Of a DNA stretch of 32,000 nucleotides, positions 7,649-16,462 are shown piece by piece (positions within the stretch are counted from its first letter, which is position 1; each line of letters begins with the position of its first letter). Both the position numbers and the translations under genes were made by a program. Origin of the DNA: Methylophaga frappieri (GTDB taxonomy: Bacteria > Pseudomonadota > Gammaproteobacteria > Nitrosococcales > Methylophagaceae); contig NC_017856.1 of the NCBI RefSeq assembly GCF_000260965.1, positions 360,001-392,000 on the forward strand, read 5' to 3'. The notes under the pieces are model-generated. The model was not told the DNA's origin. It worked only from the letters and a program-made list of their open reading frames with translations, and did no database searches.

Positions 7649-9604
7649 ATGAGTAAAAGAACTTTCACTGATCCCTCTTTCCATCAAGTCATGGAAAGTC
7701 ATGATGATATGATCATCAACCCCACTGAACGGGAATCAGGGCTATCATCCCGTCGACAATTCTTAAGGGGTGGTCTGGGCCTGCTTGCAGTAGGTATCGC
7801 CGGACTCACCACAGCCAAAACACCATGGGCTTTACAGACTGACCCCGCCCTCATTGATGGCCCTTTCATAGGCTTTAATCCAATTCCAGTTGTCACAGAT
7901 CCCCTTTTTGATGATGTCATTGTGCCGCCTGGTTATATTGCAACACCGTTCTTTTCCTGGGGCGATCCTGTTGAGTCTGATGCGGTCGACTGGCTGCCAG
8001 ATGCATCGAATAGCTGGCAGGAGCAGCTTAAACAAGCGGGTGATAATCATGATGGCATGCATTTTTTCGCCTTTCCTGGCGAGCCTGATCGTGGCTTGCT
8101 GGTCATTAACCATGAATACAGCAACCCAACACTTCACCCAGAAGGCATAAAGATCATCAACAACCGCCGTCATCCAGATGATGTCAAAAAAGAACAGGCA
8201 GCTCATGGTCTTAGTGTTATTGAGGTATGCCAAAGTGCTGATGGTATCTGGCACCGTGTTTACCCCTCGGCGTACAACCGTCGCATCACGGCCTTTACCC
8301 CGATGCAGCTGAGTGGCCCCGTCGCTGGACATGAATCAGTCAAAACAATGGCCGATATGGATGGTAAAACGGTATTGGGCACGCTGAATAACTGCGCCAA
8401 TGGTTTTACTCCCTGGGGCACCTATCTTGCCTGTGAAGAAAACTGGCATAACTATTTCGTTAATCATGATGAGACTGATTACCAGCAACGTGTTTCACAC
8501 CATCGTTATGGTATTTCTACCTCACCATTGGCAAAAAATTATGGCTGGAACACTGTTGATCCGCGTTTTGATGCTACACCTGTCCCAGAAGCAGCTCACC
8601 TAGGTTACGTCAATGAGCCCAACCGCTTTGGCTGGGTTGTAGAAATTGATCCTTTTGAGCCGGACAGTGTTCCCATAAAGCGTACTGCTTTTGGGCGTTT
8701 CAGTCGTGAATGTGTTGCCCCAGCACTTGCAGAAAATGGACAGATGGCTTTTTACTCTGGTGATGACACCCGAGGCGAATATATTTACAAATTTGTTCCC
8801 AGCCAAAGATACGATGAAACAGTACCACAGCGTAACCGTAACTTGTTGGATGACGGTGTACTTTACGTTGCCCGGTTTGACGATAACGGTCAGGGCGAGT
8901 GGTTGGCACTACATCATGGTAACAATGGTCTCACCGTAGCCAATGGATTTGAAGACCAACAGAGCGTTTTGATCAATGCCCGTGCAGCCGCAGACAGGCT
9001 CGGCGCCACACCAATGGATCGTCCGGAATGGGCAGCCGTTAATCCTAATAATCGCGATGTGTATGTGTCGCTAACGAATAATCATCTTCGCGGTTCAGAG
9101 TTTGAGATCAATGCAGCAAACCCCAGAGCTGATAACCATCACGGACAAATTATTACTCTGCGAGAGCACAATAATGATCCGGCTGCCACCGCTTTTGAAT
9201 GGGAATTATTTGTTCTTGCCGGAGAAAAAGAAAACTCAGCTTCCGCCCCCAACCTCACTGGCAACATTCAAGGGGATATTTTCTCCTCACCCGATGGCCT
9301 GGGCTTTGATGCAGATGGTCGTCTCTGGATCCTTACTGATTACGATGATGACGAACCCGTGATGGCGTCTATGGGCTGCAATCAGATGCTCTGTGCCGAT
9401 CCTGTAACTCGAGAGATTAAGCGTTTTCTGGTCGGCCCCAGAGGGTGTGAAATCACAGGTATTACCTGGAGTCCTGACTACACCACGCTTTGGGTAAATG
9501 TCCAACATCCGGGGATAAGTTATCCAGCCAGTGATGGACAGACACGGCCTCGGTCAACGACTGTGATCATTCGCAAGAATGATGGTGGTGTTATCGGTAC
9601 CTGA
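7649..9604 (+). CDS. phoX: PhoX-family alkaline phosphatase, Tat-exported
   Basis: 651 aa. Twin-arginine motif SRRQFLRGGLGLLAVG. PhoX/DUF839 hallmarks: GDNHDGMHFF, LVINHEY, NNCANGFTPWGTYLACEEN, NRFGWVVEIDP, RPEWAAVNP, SSPDGLGFDADGRLWILTD. The exact start is uncertain (weak ribosome-binding site; Met codons at 7649, 7691, 7709). Confidence 0.9.
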   Translation: MSKRTFTDPSFHQVMESHDDMIINPTERESGLSSRRQFLRGGLGLLAVGIAGLTTAKTPWALQTDPALIDGPFIGFNPIPVVTDPLFDDVIVPPGYIATPFFSWGDPVESDAVDWLPDASNSWQEQLKQAGDNHDGMHFFAFPGEPDRGLLVINHEYSNPTLHPEGIKIINNRRHPDDVKKEQAAHGLSVIEVCQSADGIWHRVYPSAYNRRITAFTPMQLSGPVAGHESVKTMADMDGKTVLGTLNNCANGFTPWGTYLACEENWHNYFVNHDETDYQQRVSHHRYGISTSPLAKNYGWNTVDPRFDATPVPEAAHLGYVNEPNRFGWVVEIDPFEPDSVPIKRTAFGRFSRECVAPALAENGQMAFYSGDDTRGEYIYKFVPSQRYDETVPQRNRNLLDDGVLYVARFDDNGQGEWLALHHGNNGLTVANGFEDQQSVLINARAAADRLGATPMDRPEWAAVNPNNRDVYVSLTNNHLRGSEFEINAANPRADNHHGQIITLREHNNDPAATAFEWELFVLAGEKENSASAPNLTGNIQGDIFSSPDGLGFDADGRLWILTDYDDDEPVMASMGCNQMLCADPVTREIKRFLVGPRGCEITGITWSPDYTTLWVNVQHPGISYPASDGQTRPRSTTVIIRKNDGGVIGT

Positions 9605-9794
9605 GTCTGCCAGGTCGTAATAAACTCATTTAGAATGGCGTATTCCACGATACAGTCATCTGAGTAACATTTTTGTTTCGTACAATAACTCGGTTTTGAC
9701 TCACCTCAACCTCAAACTAGCTGATCAATACTTTATATGCGGGCTTGCTTTCGTACCAAAATCAGTAAAAAAACCATAATGAGCCACTTCGGCA

Positions 9795-9842
9795 ACTGAC
9801 TATTAATCATGGTCGCTGGTTCGAGTCCAGCTCGGGGAGCCA
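9795..9842 (+). pseudogene. Orphan tRNA-Asn-like 3' fragment (anticodon-loop remnant, T-arm, acceptor 3' strand, CCA)
   Basis: GCTGG-TTCGAGT-CCAGC is a perfect T-arm, followed by TCGGGGA-G-CCA. The segment GACTATTAATC...GGTCGCTGGTTCGAGTCCAGC...GAGCCA resembles my recollection of E. coli tRNA-Asn (GACTGTTAATCCGTATGTCACTGGTTCGAGTCCAGTCAGAGGAGCCA). The required 5' acceptor strand TCCCCGA and a D-arm are absent upstream. The variable region is 2 nt short. The would-be anticodon is ATT. Confidence 0.55.
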
Positions 9843-9851
9843 AATGAATTT

Positions 9852-9886
9852 AAAAAAGCCCAGTTATTCGTAACAGGGCTTTTTTG
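9852..9886. terminator. Bidirectional rho-independent terminator
   Basis: AAAAAAGCCC-A-GTTA ttcg TAAC-A-GGGCTTTTTTG: a 9-position GC-rich stem (8 bp plus one A/A mismatch) with a TTCG tetraloop, flanked by an A-run and a T-run. It sits 2 nt from the stop of the minus-strand MCP gene and just after the tRNA fragment. Confidence 0.7.
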
Positions 9887-9888
9887 TT

Positions 9889-11193
9889 TCAGCTGATACG
9901 TAAATCCTGAACAGACTGGGCAATCTGGCGTGACAACGAACGAATAACGCCAAACCGACTTAATGCCTCTTTCACACTTTGGTCATTCTGACTGACTTCT
10001 TGTAACGCTTTTTCCAATAAAGTCTGAGCCTGCCCTACCAACGCACTGTTTTCAGCCGTCACCTCTTCAATGTCATGCGTTGATTCATGGGTTCGATGCG
10101 ACAGTTTTCTCACCTCATCCGCCACCACAGCAAACCCCCGCCCATGTTCGCCTGCACGCGCAGATTCAATTGCCGCGTTCAGCGCCAGCAAGTTGGTTTG
10201 CTCTGAAATGCCGCGTATCACTTTAATGATTTCCGTTATTTTGGTGGAATGGGCGCTCAGCGCCGTGATCATCTGATTAACTTCATCAACTTTCTGATTG
10301 ACCAAGTGAGAATTCGTGGCTGTTTCATTCAACATACTGTCGCAGCTTTGCCACTCTTTTTCGGCAGCGTCAAATGCTTCAACGGCATTATCTGAAGCTA
10401 GCTTGATCGCCTGCTGCTGCATTTGGGTTGCCGTAATATCGCTGGCAAACTTAATCACTTTGTAAACGTCACCATCGGTATTTCGAACCGGATTATAGGT
10501 TGCTTCGAGCCAGACCGATTGACCATCTTTGCGAATTCGCTCAAATCGGCCAGCATGAAAATGACCCGCTTTCAGATTTTCCCAGAAATACGGTTGTTCC
10601 TGATAAAAGGCCTCATGACAAAACAATCGATGATGTTTACCGACAATGGCGTCAAGCGTATAGCCCATGGTTTTCAAGAAGTTCTGGTTGGCGGAGAGAA
10701 TATGGCCATCCGGCGTAAATGTGATTACTGCCTGTGAATGATTTAATGCGCCAATGATGGCTTCGTGCTCCAACGCCGCATTGGTCTGCTCAGTCACATC
10801 TGACGCCAGTTTAACGACTTTTTTTACGACGCCATCAATGACCAGTGGCAAATATGTCGCTTCCAGCCAAACTCGATGCCCGGATTTCGTGACTCTGGCA
10901 AAACGTTGTGACTGTGCATGACCCGCAGCCAGTTGCTGCCAGAATGCCTGATACTCACTTGAGTTTGCATAATTTGGCTCACAGAATAAACGATGATGCT
11001 TACCCACAATTTCCTGTAATTGATACTCAACCACAGAAAGAAACAAATTATTGGCAAATAGAATCTCGCCTGTCGGCGTAAATTCGATGTAAGCAATATT
11101 CTCTTTAATTGCCGAAATGAGGGCCTCTGCCACCTGACATCGCGATTCTGCTGCTGTCAGAGTTGCTTGTAATTGGCGATGACGTTGAAACAT
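9889..11193 (-). CDS. Soluble methyl-accepting chemotaxis protein with two tandem PAS domains
   Basis: 434 aa with no hydrophobic segment. Two PAS repeats each carry [10 protein letters not shown] and VWLEATY. Highly conserved MCP signalling hairpin: [44 protein letters not shown] ribosome-binding site upstream of ATG 11193. Confidence 0.85.
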   Translation of the reverse strand: MFQRHRQLQATLTAAESRCQVAEALISAIKENIAYIEFTPTGEILFANNLFLSVVEYQLQEIVGKHHRLFCEPNYANSSEYQAFWQQLAAGHAQSQRFARVTKSGHRVWLEATYLPLVIDGVVKKVVKLASDVTEQTNAALEHEAIIGALNHSQAVITFTPDGHILSANQNFLKTMGYTLDAIVGKHHRLFCHEAFYQEQPYFWENLKAGHFHAGRFERIRKDGQSVWLEATYNPVRNTDGDVYKVIKFASDITATQMQQQAIKLASDNAVEAFDAAEKEWQSCDSMLNETATNSHLVNQKVDEVNQMITALSAHSTKITEIIKVIRGISEQTNLLALNAAIESARAGEHGRGFAVVADEVRKLSHRTHESTHDIEEVTAENSALVGQAQTLLEKALQEVSQNDQSVKEALSRFGVIRSLSRQIAQSVQDLRIS

Positions 11194-11607
11194 AGGGCTC
11201 TCCTTAGACCAGAAAATCTATCTTCGCATCAACCACTGCTGCAACGTTGCGTGAAGTGGCTTAGACATTTCTCATTCGTGGATACTTTTTTTTAAAATGA
11301 ATCCCTCATAAGACTGTCATTCAGCTGTTCTTTACCTTGATTTCTTTATATTCCGAATTTTCTGAATTGGCAAGCCTAAATCGTCTTATTTCCCCATCCG
11401 CATCGTTTTGTGGGAAAATAACGCTACAAGTCATGACAAACGGGACTTGTTCGGAAAGTAGTTGAATTGTCAGAGAGTCACCTACATCCGGCCTCTATAT
11501 CTATTTTGTGAATATAAAAATTAGAAATATATATTTTATTTAAATAAATAGTTCTGCTATTTTGTTGCCCTTTTAAATCTCAAGCTTTATTCAGGAAGAC
11601 GCGACCC

Positions 11608-13401
11608 ATGAATTTTCAGGTGCCCAATGCGCCACTTACCGATCAACAGCTGCAACAGCTCAATGCTCTGTTAGGTGGACTCGAAGGCTGGCAAGTTGAT
11701 TGGCTTGCTGGTTATCTGGCCGGTTGGCGCGCAGCGCAAAATGGTACAGCAGCGGCAATAACGCCTGCTTTACCATCACAAACTGCCGTTAAATTAACCA
11801 TTATGTTCGGTTCTCAAACCGGAAACGCAGAAGGTCTCGCCGAACGCTTGCTTGAAAAGGCAAAAACGCAAGGTATTGATGCCACGCTAGTCGACATGGG
11901 CGCTTACAAGCTGCGTCAATTAAAAAGTGAAACACATCTGGCATTGATTACCTCCACTCACGGTGAAGGCGATCCGCCTGATAATGCCATGGATTTGTAT
12001 GAGTTTTTGAATGGTAAGAAAGCGCCCAAGCTGAATGACCTGAAATACAGCGTATTGTCATTGGGTGACTCAAGTTACGAATACTTTTGTCAAACGGGTA
12101 TCGACTTCGATAAAAGACTCAGTGAACTGGGTGCGAAAGCGATCATCGATCGGGTAGATTGTGATGTTGATTATGACGATCTGGCCGATAAATGGATCGA
12201 AGACTTCCTAAATTCAATCGAGACTACCGCACCCGCTGCGGCAGCTAGTGCGCCAGCGACGCTAGCCAGTGCTGGTACCACTTCAGCCTATGATCGTAAA
12301 AATCCATTTATGGCGCCTATGCTGACCAATCAATTACTCAATGGTAAAGGCTCCAACAAAGAAACGCGCCATATTGAAATTTCTTTAGAAGAATCTGGCC
12401 TGCAATATAAGCCAGGGGATGCCTTGGGTGTCTATGCGCAAAATGATCCCGCCTTGGTTGCAGCGTTAATTACGGCATTGAAATTGGATGCTGAACAGGT
12501 CATTCGGGTTGACGATGATAATGTCAGTGTTGATGAAGCCCTGACCCGCCACCGAGAAATTACGGTATTAACCAAACCATTATTAGAGAAATGGGCTGAG
12601 TTGTCCGGTAATGCAACCTTACAAAAATTACTGGAAGATAAAACGGAAACCAATAACTGGATTGCAGGACGAGATGTTCTCGATTTGGTGCAAGCCTATC
12701 CAATTGCTGAACTTGATGCTGAAACCTTTATTTCTGTTTTACGCAAAATGCCGCCTCGCTTGTATTCAATCGCATCCAGTCAGGCAGCTGTTGAAGACGA
12801 AGTTCACCTGACCATCGCGGTTGTCCGCTACAACGCTCATGGGCGAGATCGGGGTGGCGTTGCTTCAACCTGGTTTGCGGACCGTTTGGATGAAGATGCC
12901 ACGGTACCGGTTTACATTGATGGCAACAAGAATTTCAAATTGCCAGATAACGACGATGTGCCAGTAATTATGATCGGCCCCGGAACCGGGGTGGCACCAT
13001 TCCGAAGCTTTATGCAAGAACGTGAAGCACGTGAAGCGACCGGTCGGAATTGGTTATTTTTTGGTGATCAGCACTTTTTGACTGACTTTTTGTATCAAAC
13101 GGAATGGCAAGACTGGCATCAATCTGGGTTACTGACCAAAATTGATGTTGCCTTTTCTCGTGACGGTGACCAAAAAGTGTACGTGCAACACAAACTGCGC
13201 GATAAGTCAGAAGAAGTCTGGCGCTGGCTTGAGGAAGGCGCCCATATTTATGTTTGCGGCGATGCCACCTATATGGCACCGGATGTAAACGAGGCCTTGC
13301 TGGATATCATTTGTCAGCATGGCGATCAGAACAGAGAGCAAGCCACGGAGTATTTACGTCAAATGACCCGTGACAAACGTTACCAACGTGATGTGTATTA
13401 A
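11608..13401 (+). CDS. cysJ: Sulfite reductase [NADPH] flavoprotein alpha subunit
   Basis: 597 aa (E. coli CysJ is about 599). Flavodoxin module IMFGSQTGNAEGLAERL...THGEGDPPDNA. FAD/NADPH module RLYSIASS, GVASTW, MIGPGTGVAPFRSF, YVCGDA, ...YQRDVY C-terminus. Followed at a 2-nt gap by cysI. Confidence 0.95.
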   Translation: MNFQVPNAPLTDQQLQQLNALLGGLEGWQVDWLAGYLAGWRAAQNGTAAAITPALPSQTAVKLTIMFGSQTGNAEGLAERLLEKAKTQGIDATLVDMGAYKLRQLKSETHLALITSTHGEGDPPDNAMDLYEFLNGKKAPKLNDLKYSVLSLGDSSYEYFCQTGIDFDKRLSELGAKAIIDRVDCDVDYDDLADKWIEDFLNSIETTAPAAAASAPATLASAGTTSAYDRKNPFMAPMLTNQLLNGKGSNKETRHIEISLEESGLQYKPGDALGVYAQNDPALVAALITALKLDAEQVIRVDDDNVSVDEALTRHREITVLTKPLLEKWAELSGNATLQKLLEDKTETNNWIAGRDVLDLVQAYPIAELDAETFISVLRKMPPRLYSIASSQAAVEDEVHLTIAVVRYNAHGRDRGGVASTWFADRLDEDATVPVYIDGNKNFKLPDNDDVPVIMIGPGTGVAPFRSFMQEREAREATGRNWLFFGDQHFLTDFLYQTEWQDWHQSGLLTKIDVAFSRDGDQKVYVQHKLRDKSEEVWRWLEEGAHIYVCGDATYMAPDVNEALLDIICQHGDQNREQATEYLRQMTRDKRYQRDVY

Positions 13402-13403
13402 TA

Positions 13404-15107
13404 ATGAATAAAAAATTACCTGAAGCAGAACAACTAAAAGTCGATAGCCGCTTTCTGCGCGGCACTATTCTGGAAGGCCTCGCCGACGAGTTAACTGGTG
13501 CGATTTCGGAAGATGATACTAAACTGACCAAGTTTCACGGCACCTACATGCAGGACTACCGTGATCTGCGTGATGAACGTCGTCGCCAAAAACTGGAACC
13601 GCTCTATTCATTCATGGTTCGGTTACGGTTACCTGGTGGTGTTTTAAATAGCGCGCAATGGTTAGGCCTGGATGATATTGCCGATGAATGTTCCAACGGC
13701 ACACTGCGTCTAACCACGCGGCAAACATTTCAATACCACGAAGTTTACAAGAACAATCTGGCGCTATTAATGCAGCGTACCGTTGCGCTGGGTCTGGATA
13801 CCAAGGGCGCCTGTGGCGACGTAAATAGAAACGTTGTCACCAATGTTAATCCGCATGAATCCAAAGCCCATAAAGCGGTACACAAAGCCGCGCAAGAGAT
13901 CAGCGATCATCTATGCTGGCAGTCAAATGCCTATGCGGAAATCTGGCTTGGTGAAAAGTGCGTCTATCAGGCTGGCCAAAACGAAGAGCCGTTTTATGGT
14001 GATCGCTACCTGCCTCGTAAATTCAAAATTGCTATTGCCATTCCACCCCATAATGATGCGGATATTTTCGCAAATGATATTGGCTTGATTGCCATTATCG
14101 AAAATGGCGAATTACTGGGGTTTAATGTCTCCGTAGGCGGTGGCATGGGTATGACTTATGGCGAAACCAAAACCTTCCCTCGCCTCGGTAACGTGGTGGG
14201 ATTTGTTACGCCGGATCAAGTAGTGAAAACTTGCGAAAGTATCGTGGCCATCCAGCGTGATTTTGGTGATCGTGAAACCCGTCCACACGCCCGTTTTAAA
14301 TATACCATCGACGATAATGGCTTGGATTGGTTCCGGGATCAGTTTGCCAAATACCATGGTGAACCACTACAGGACGCCAAACCATTTGAATTAACCAGTA
14401 ACGGTGATCGGTTTGGCTGGGTGCAAGGCGATGATGGCATGCATCATTTGACCTTGTATGTTCACAGTGGCCGAATTGCGGATACCGATGAATTACAACT
14501 GCGTACCGCGATGCGGGAAATCGCTAAAGTGCATACCGGTGAATTTCGCATCACCTGTAATCAAAATCTTATCATCGCGAACATTTCCGACGCGGCTAAA
14601 CCCAGCATTGAAAAACTTGTCACCCAATACCAGTTAGATGATGGCAGCCGGCGGCCGGCACTGAGACTCAACGCCATGGCTTGTGTTGCCCTGCCAACCT
14701 GCGCCTTGGCAATGGCTGAATCAGAACGTTATTTACCAGAGTTCTTGGGCAAACTTGAAGTTATCATGGCTGATGCCGGATTACCGGAGAAATTAATCAA
14801 TATCCGTATGACAGGTTGTCCGAATGGTTGTGCCCGACCTTATCTGGGTGAAATTGCCCTGACAGGCAAGGCAGTTGGCCGATACAATTTGTTTTTGGGG
14901 GCTGATTTTTCTGGACAACGTTTAAATCGTCTGTATCTTGAGAATGTCGATGAAACCACCATTCTTAATACGTTGCGGCCATTAATTGAGCAGTTTGCCA
15001 AAGAACGGACCAATGAAGAACACTTTGGTGACTTTTTAGTTCGTAAAAATATTGTGGAAGCGGAACGTACACCAGTGATGATGCATGAGGCCAAAATAGC
15101 CATCTAA
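13404..15107 (+). CDS. cysI: Sulfite reductase [NADPH] hemoprotein beta subunit
   Basis: 567 aa (E. coli CysI is about 570). LRGTILEGL, FHGTYMQDYRD, RLTTRQTFQYH, PRKFKIAIAIPP.ND, and the siroheme/4Fe-4S Cys cluster CVALPTCALAMAE...TGCPNGCARP. Confidence 0.95.
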   Translation: MNKKLPEAEQLKVDSRFLRGTILEGLADELTGAISEDDTKLTKFHGTYMQDYRDLRDERRRQKLEPLYSFMVRLRLPGGVLNSAQWLGLDDIADECSNGTLRLTTRQTFQYHEVYKNNLALLMQRTVALGLDTKGACGDVNRNVVTNVNPHESKAHKAVHKAAQEISDHLCWQSNAYAEIWLGEKCVYQAGQNEEPFYGDRYLPRKFKIAIAIPPHNDADIFANDIGLIAIIENGELLGFNVSVGGGMGMTYGETKTFPRLGNVVGFVTPDQVVKTCESIVAIQRDFGDRETRPHARFKYTIDDNGLDWFRDQFAKYHGEPLQDAKPFELTSNGDRFGWVQGDDGMHHLTLYVHSGRIADTDELQLRTAMREIAKVHTGEFRITCNQNLIIANISDAAKPSIEKLVTQYQLDDGSRRPALRLNAMACVALPTCALAMAESERYLPEFLGKLEVIMADAGLPEKLINIRMTGCPNGCARPYLGEIALTGKAVGRYNLFLGADFSGQRLNRLYLENVDETTILNTLRPLIEQFAKERTNEEHFGDFLVRKNIVEAERTPVMMHEAKIAI

Positions 15108-15131
15108 CCTGCTTTTCAAGGAGAATAAGGT

Positions 15132-16364
15132 ATGACAGCACCAAAATCACATCAGATCGTCATTATTGGCGGCGGCACAGCCGGCACCACTGTGGCAGCG
15201 TCACTATTGCGCAAGCGACCACAGCTGGATGTTGCTGTCATTGAACCAAGTGAAGTGCATTATTACCAACCGGCTTTTACCCTGGTCGGTGGTGGTACCT
15301 ATTCGCTGTCTAATACGGTCAAACCCCAACAAGCGACACTGCCCAAACAAGTTACCTGGATTCGTCAGTCAGCCACTCAAATTGATCCTGAACAAAAACA
15401 AGTTCACTTGCTAAATGACGAGATTATTAGCTATCAGTATCTGGTTGTTGCAACAGGCATACAGTTAGACTGGAATAAGATAGATGGTCTATTGGAAACC
15501 TTGGGCGAAAATGGTGTCTGCAGTAACTATAGCCCGCAATCTGTCGAATACACATGGCAGTGCATTGATAAATTTAGCGGTGGCAAAGCCCTGTTTACGC
15601 AACCCCCTGTGCCGTTTAAATGTGCCGGTGCACCACAAAAAATTGCTTACCTCGCCGCGGATCAGTTTCACAAACGCGGGTTGAGTAAACGGACAGAAAT
15701 CAATTTCTATAATGCGGGTGGTGCGCTGTTTAGTGTGCCTGACTTTATTCCTTATCTCGAACAAACCGCAGCCCGCCATGACGTTAATCTAAACTTTAAT
15801 CATAATTTGATTGCCGTTGATGGCCCGAATAAAAAAGCGCGGTTTGCCGTAACAGATGCGGATGGTAACAGCAGTGAAATCGAGCAGGATTTCGACATGT
15901 TGCATGTCACGCCGCCACAAAGTGCACCGGAATTTATCAAACAATCGCGTTTAGTCAATGAAGCCGGCTGGGTAACGGTTGATCAATTCACCTTACAACA
16001 TACGCAATTTGACGATATTTTCTCGCTGGGCGATGTCAGCTCATTGCCGACATCAAAAACTGCAGCAGCGATTCGTAAACAGGCGCCTGTCCTGGTACAA
16101 AATCTGTTATCCCGACTCGACGGCAAACCGCTGGATGCAAGGTATGATGGTTATACCTCCTGCCCGGTTGTAACCGGTTATGGCAAAGTGATGCTGGCCG
16201 AATTTGCTTATGATGCCGTTGTCACCCCAACGCTGCCATTAAACCCTTTCAAAGAGTCGCGGTTTTACTGGTTCGTCAAAAAATATTTCTTACCGCCCAT
16301 GTATTGGCATTTTATGCTCAAGGGCTTTGAGGCAGACATTACTCATAAACCATTGAAAAAATAA
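15132..16364 (+). CDS. sqr: Type II sulfide:quinone oxidoreductase-like FAD-dependent oxidoreductase
   Basis: 410 aa. Dinucleotide fold IVIIGGGTAGTT. Extended identity by eye to human/bacterial type II SQR: FKCAGAPQKIAYL, MLHVTPPQSAPEF, AGWVTVDQFTLQH, LGDVSSLPTSKTAAAIRKQAPV, YDGYTSCPVVTGYGKVMLAEFAY. Both redox Cys positions are present. AAGGAG ribosome-binding site, 24 nt after cysI. Confidence 0.8.
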   Translation: MTAPKSHQIVIIGGGTAGTTVAASLLRKRPQLDVAVIEPSEVHYYQPAFTLVGGGTYSLSNTVKPQQATLPKQVTWIRQSATQIDPEQKQVHLLNDEIISYQYLVVATGIQLDWNKIDGLLETLGENGVCSNYSPQSVEYTWQCIDKFSGGKALFTQPPVPFKCAGAPQKIAYLAADQFHKRGLSKRTEINFYNAGGALFSVPDFIPYLEQTAARHDVNLNFNHNLIAVDGPNKKARFAVTDADGNSSEIEQDFDMLHVTPPQSAPEFIKQSRLVNEAGWVTVDQFTLQHTQFDDIFSLGDVSSLPTSKTAAAIRKQAPVLVQNLLSRLDGKPLDARYDGYTSCPVVTGYGKVMLAEFAYDAVVTPTLPLNPFKESRFYWFVKKYFLPPMYWHFMLKGFEADITHKPLKK

Positions 16365-16371
16365 TCTGCCA

Positions 16372-16406
16372 CCAGCCCGCCCCCAGCTAAAGATAAGGCG
16401 GGCTGG
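16372..16406 (+). terminator. Stem-loop after sqr (possible terminator)
   Basis: CCAGCCCGCC (16372-16381) pairs perfectly with GGCGGGCTGG (16397-16406) across a 15-nt loop, 8 nt after the sqr stop. There is no strong T-tract, so function is uncertain. Confidence 0.45.
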
Positions 16407-16462
16407 TAATCTAATTCAATGGTTTTCACGCGATTGCAGCAGCCAAAAACAATGGCGTCAGC

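Noticed and set aside
7832-8332. 166-aa antisense ORF inside phoX, and similar long shadow ORFs (2773-3144, 18842-19249, 21370-21747, 21870-22229, 22075-22446, 26495-26878, 28083-28421, 28196-28642, 29239-29553)
   Set aside because: All lie entirely within, or substantially overlap, strongly supported genes, either antisense or in alternative frames. They have skewed, Cys/Arg/Ser-rich composition and no recognisable motifs. They are typical frame-shadow ORFs.
9605-9842. Possibility that the T-arm/CCA element is a complete tRNA or the 3' end of tmRNA (ssrA)
   Set aside because: No TCCCCGA 5' acceptor strand, D-arm or intact anticodon stem lies within 120 nt upstream. The tmRNA acceptor should read CAGCTCC-A-CCA paired to a GGGGCTG 5' end, and neither is present. 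No tag-peptide ORF or pseudoknot region is evident in the 240 nt available.
11194-11607. AT-rich block with a TATTTAAATA palindrome upstream of cysJ, as a possible CysB site or sRNA
   Set aside because: It is plausibly the cysJ promoter/CysB region, but CysB sites are too degenerate to call by eye. No convincing hairpin-terminated small transcript or repeat structure was found, so it is left unannotated.
16365-16462. Fur box upstream of the PPTase gene (AATCTAATTCAATGG...)
   Set aside because: The match to the Fur consensus is poor in every register I tried, below about 10/19, and is not distinguishable from AT-rich background.
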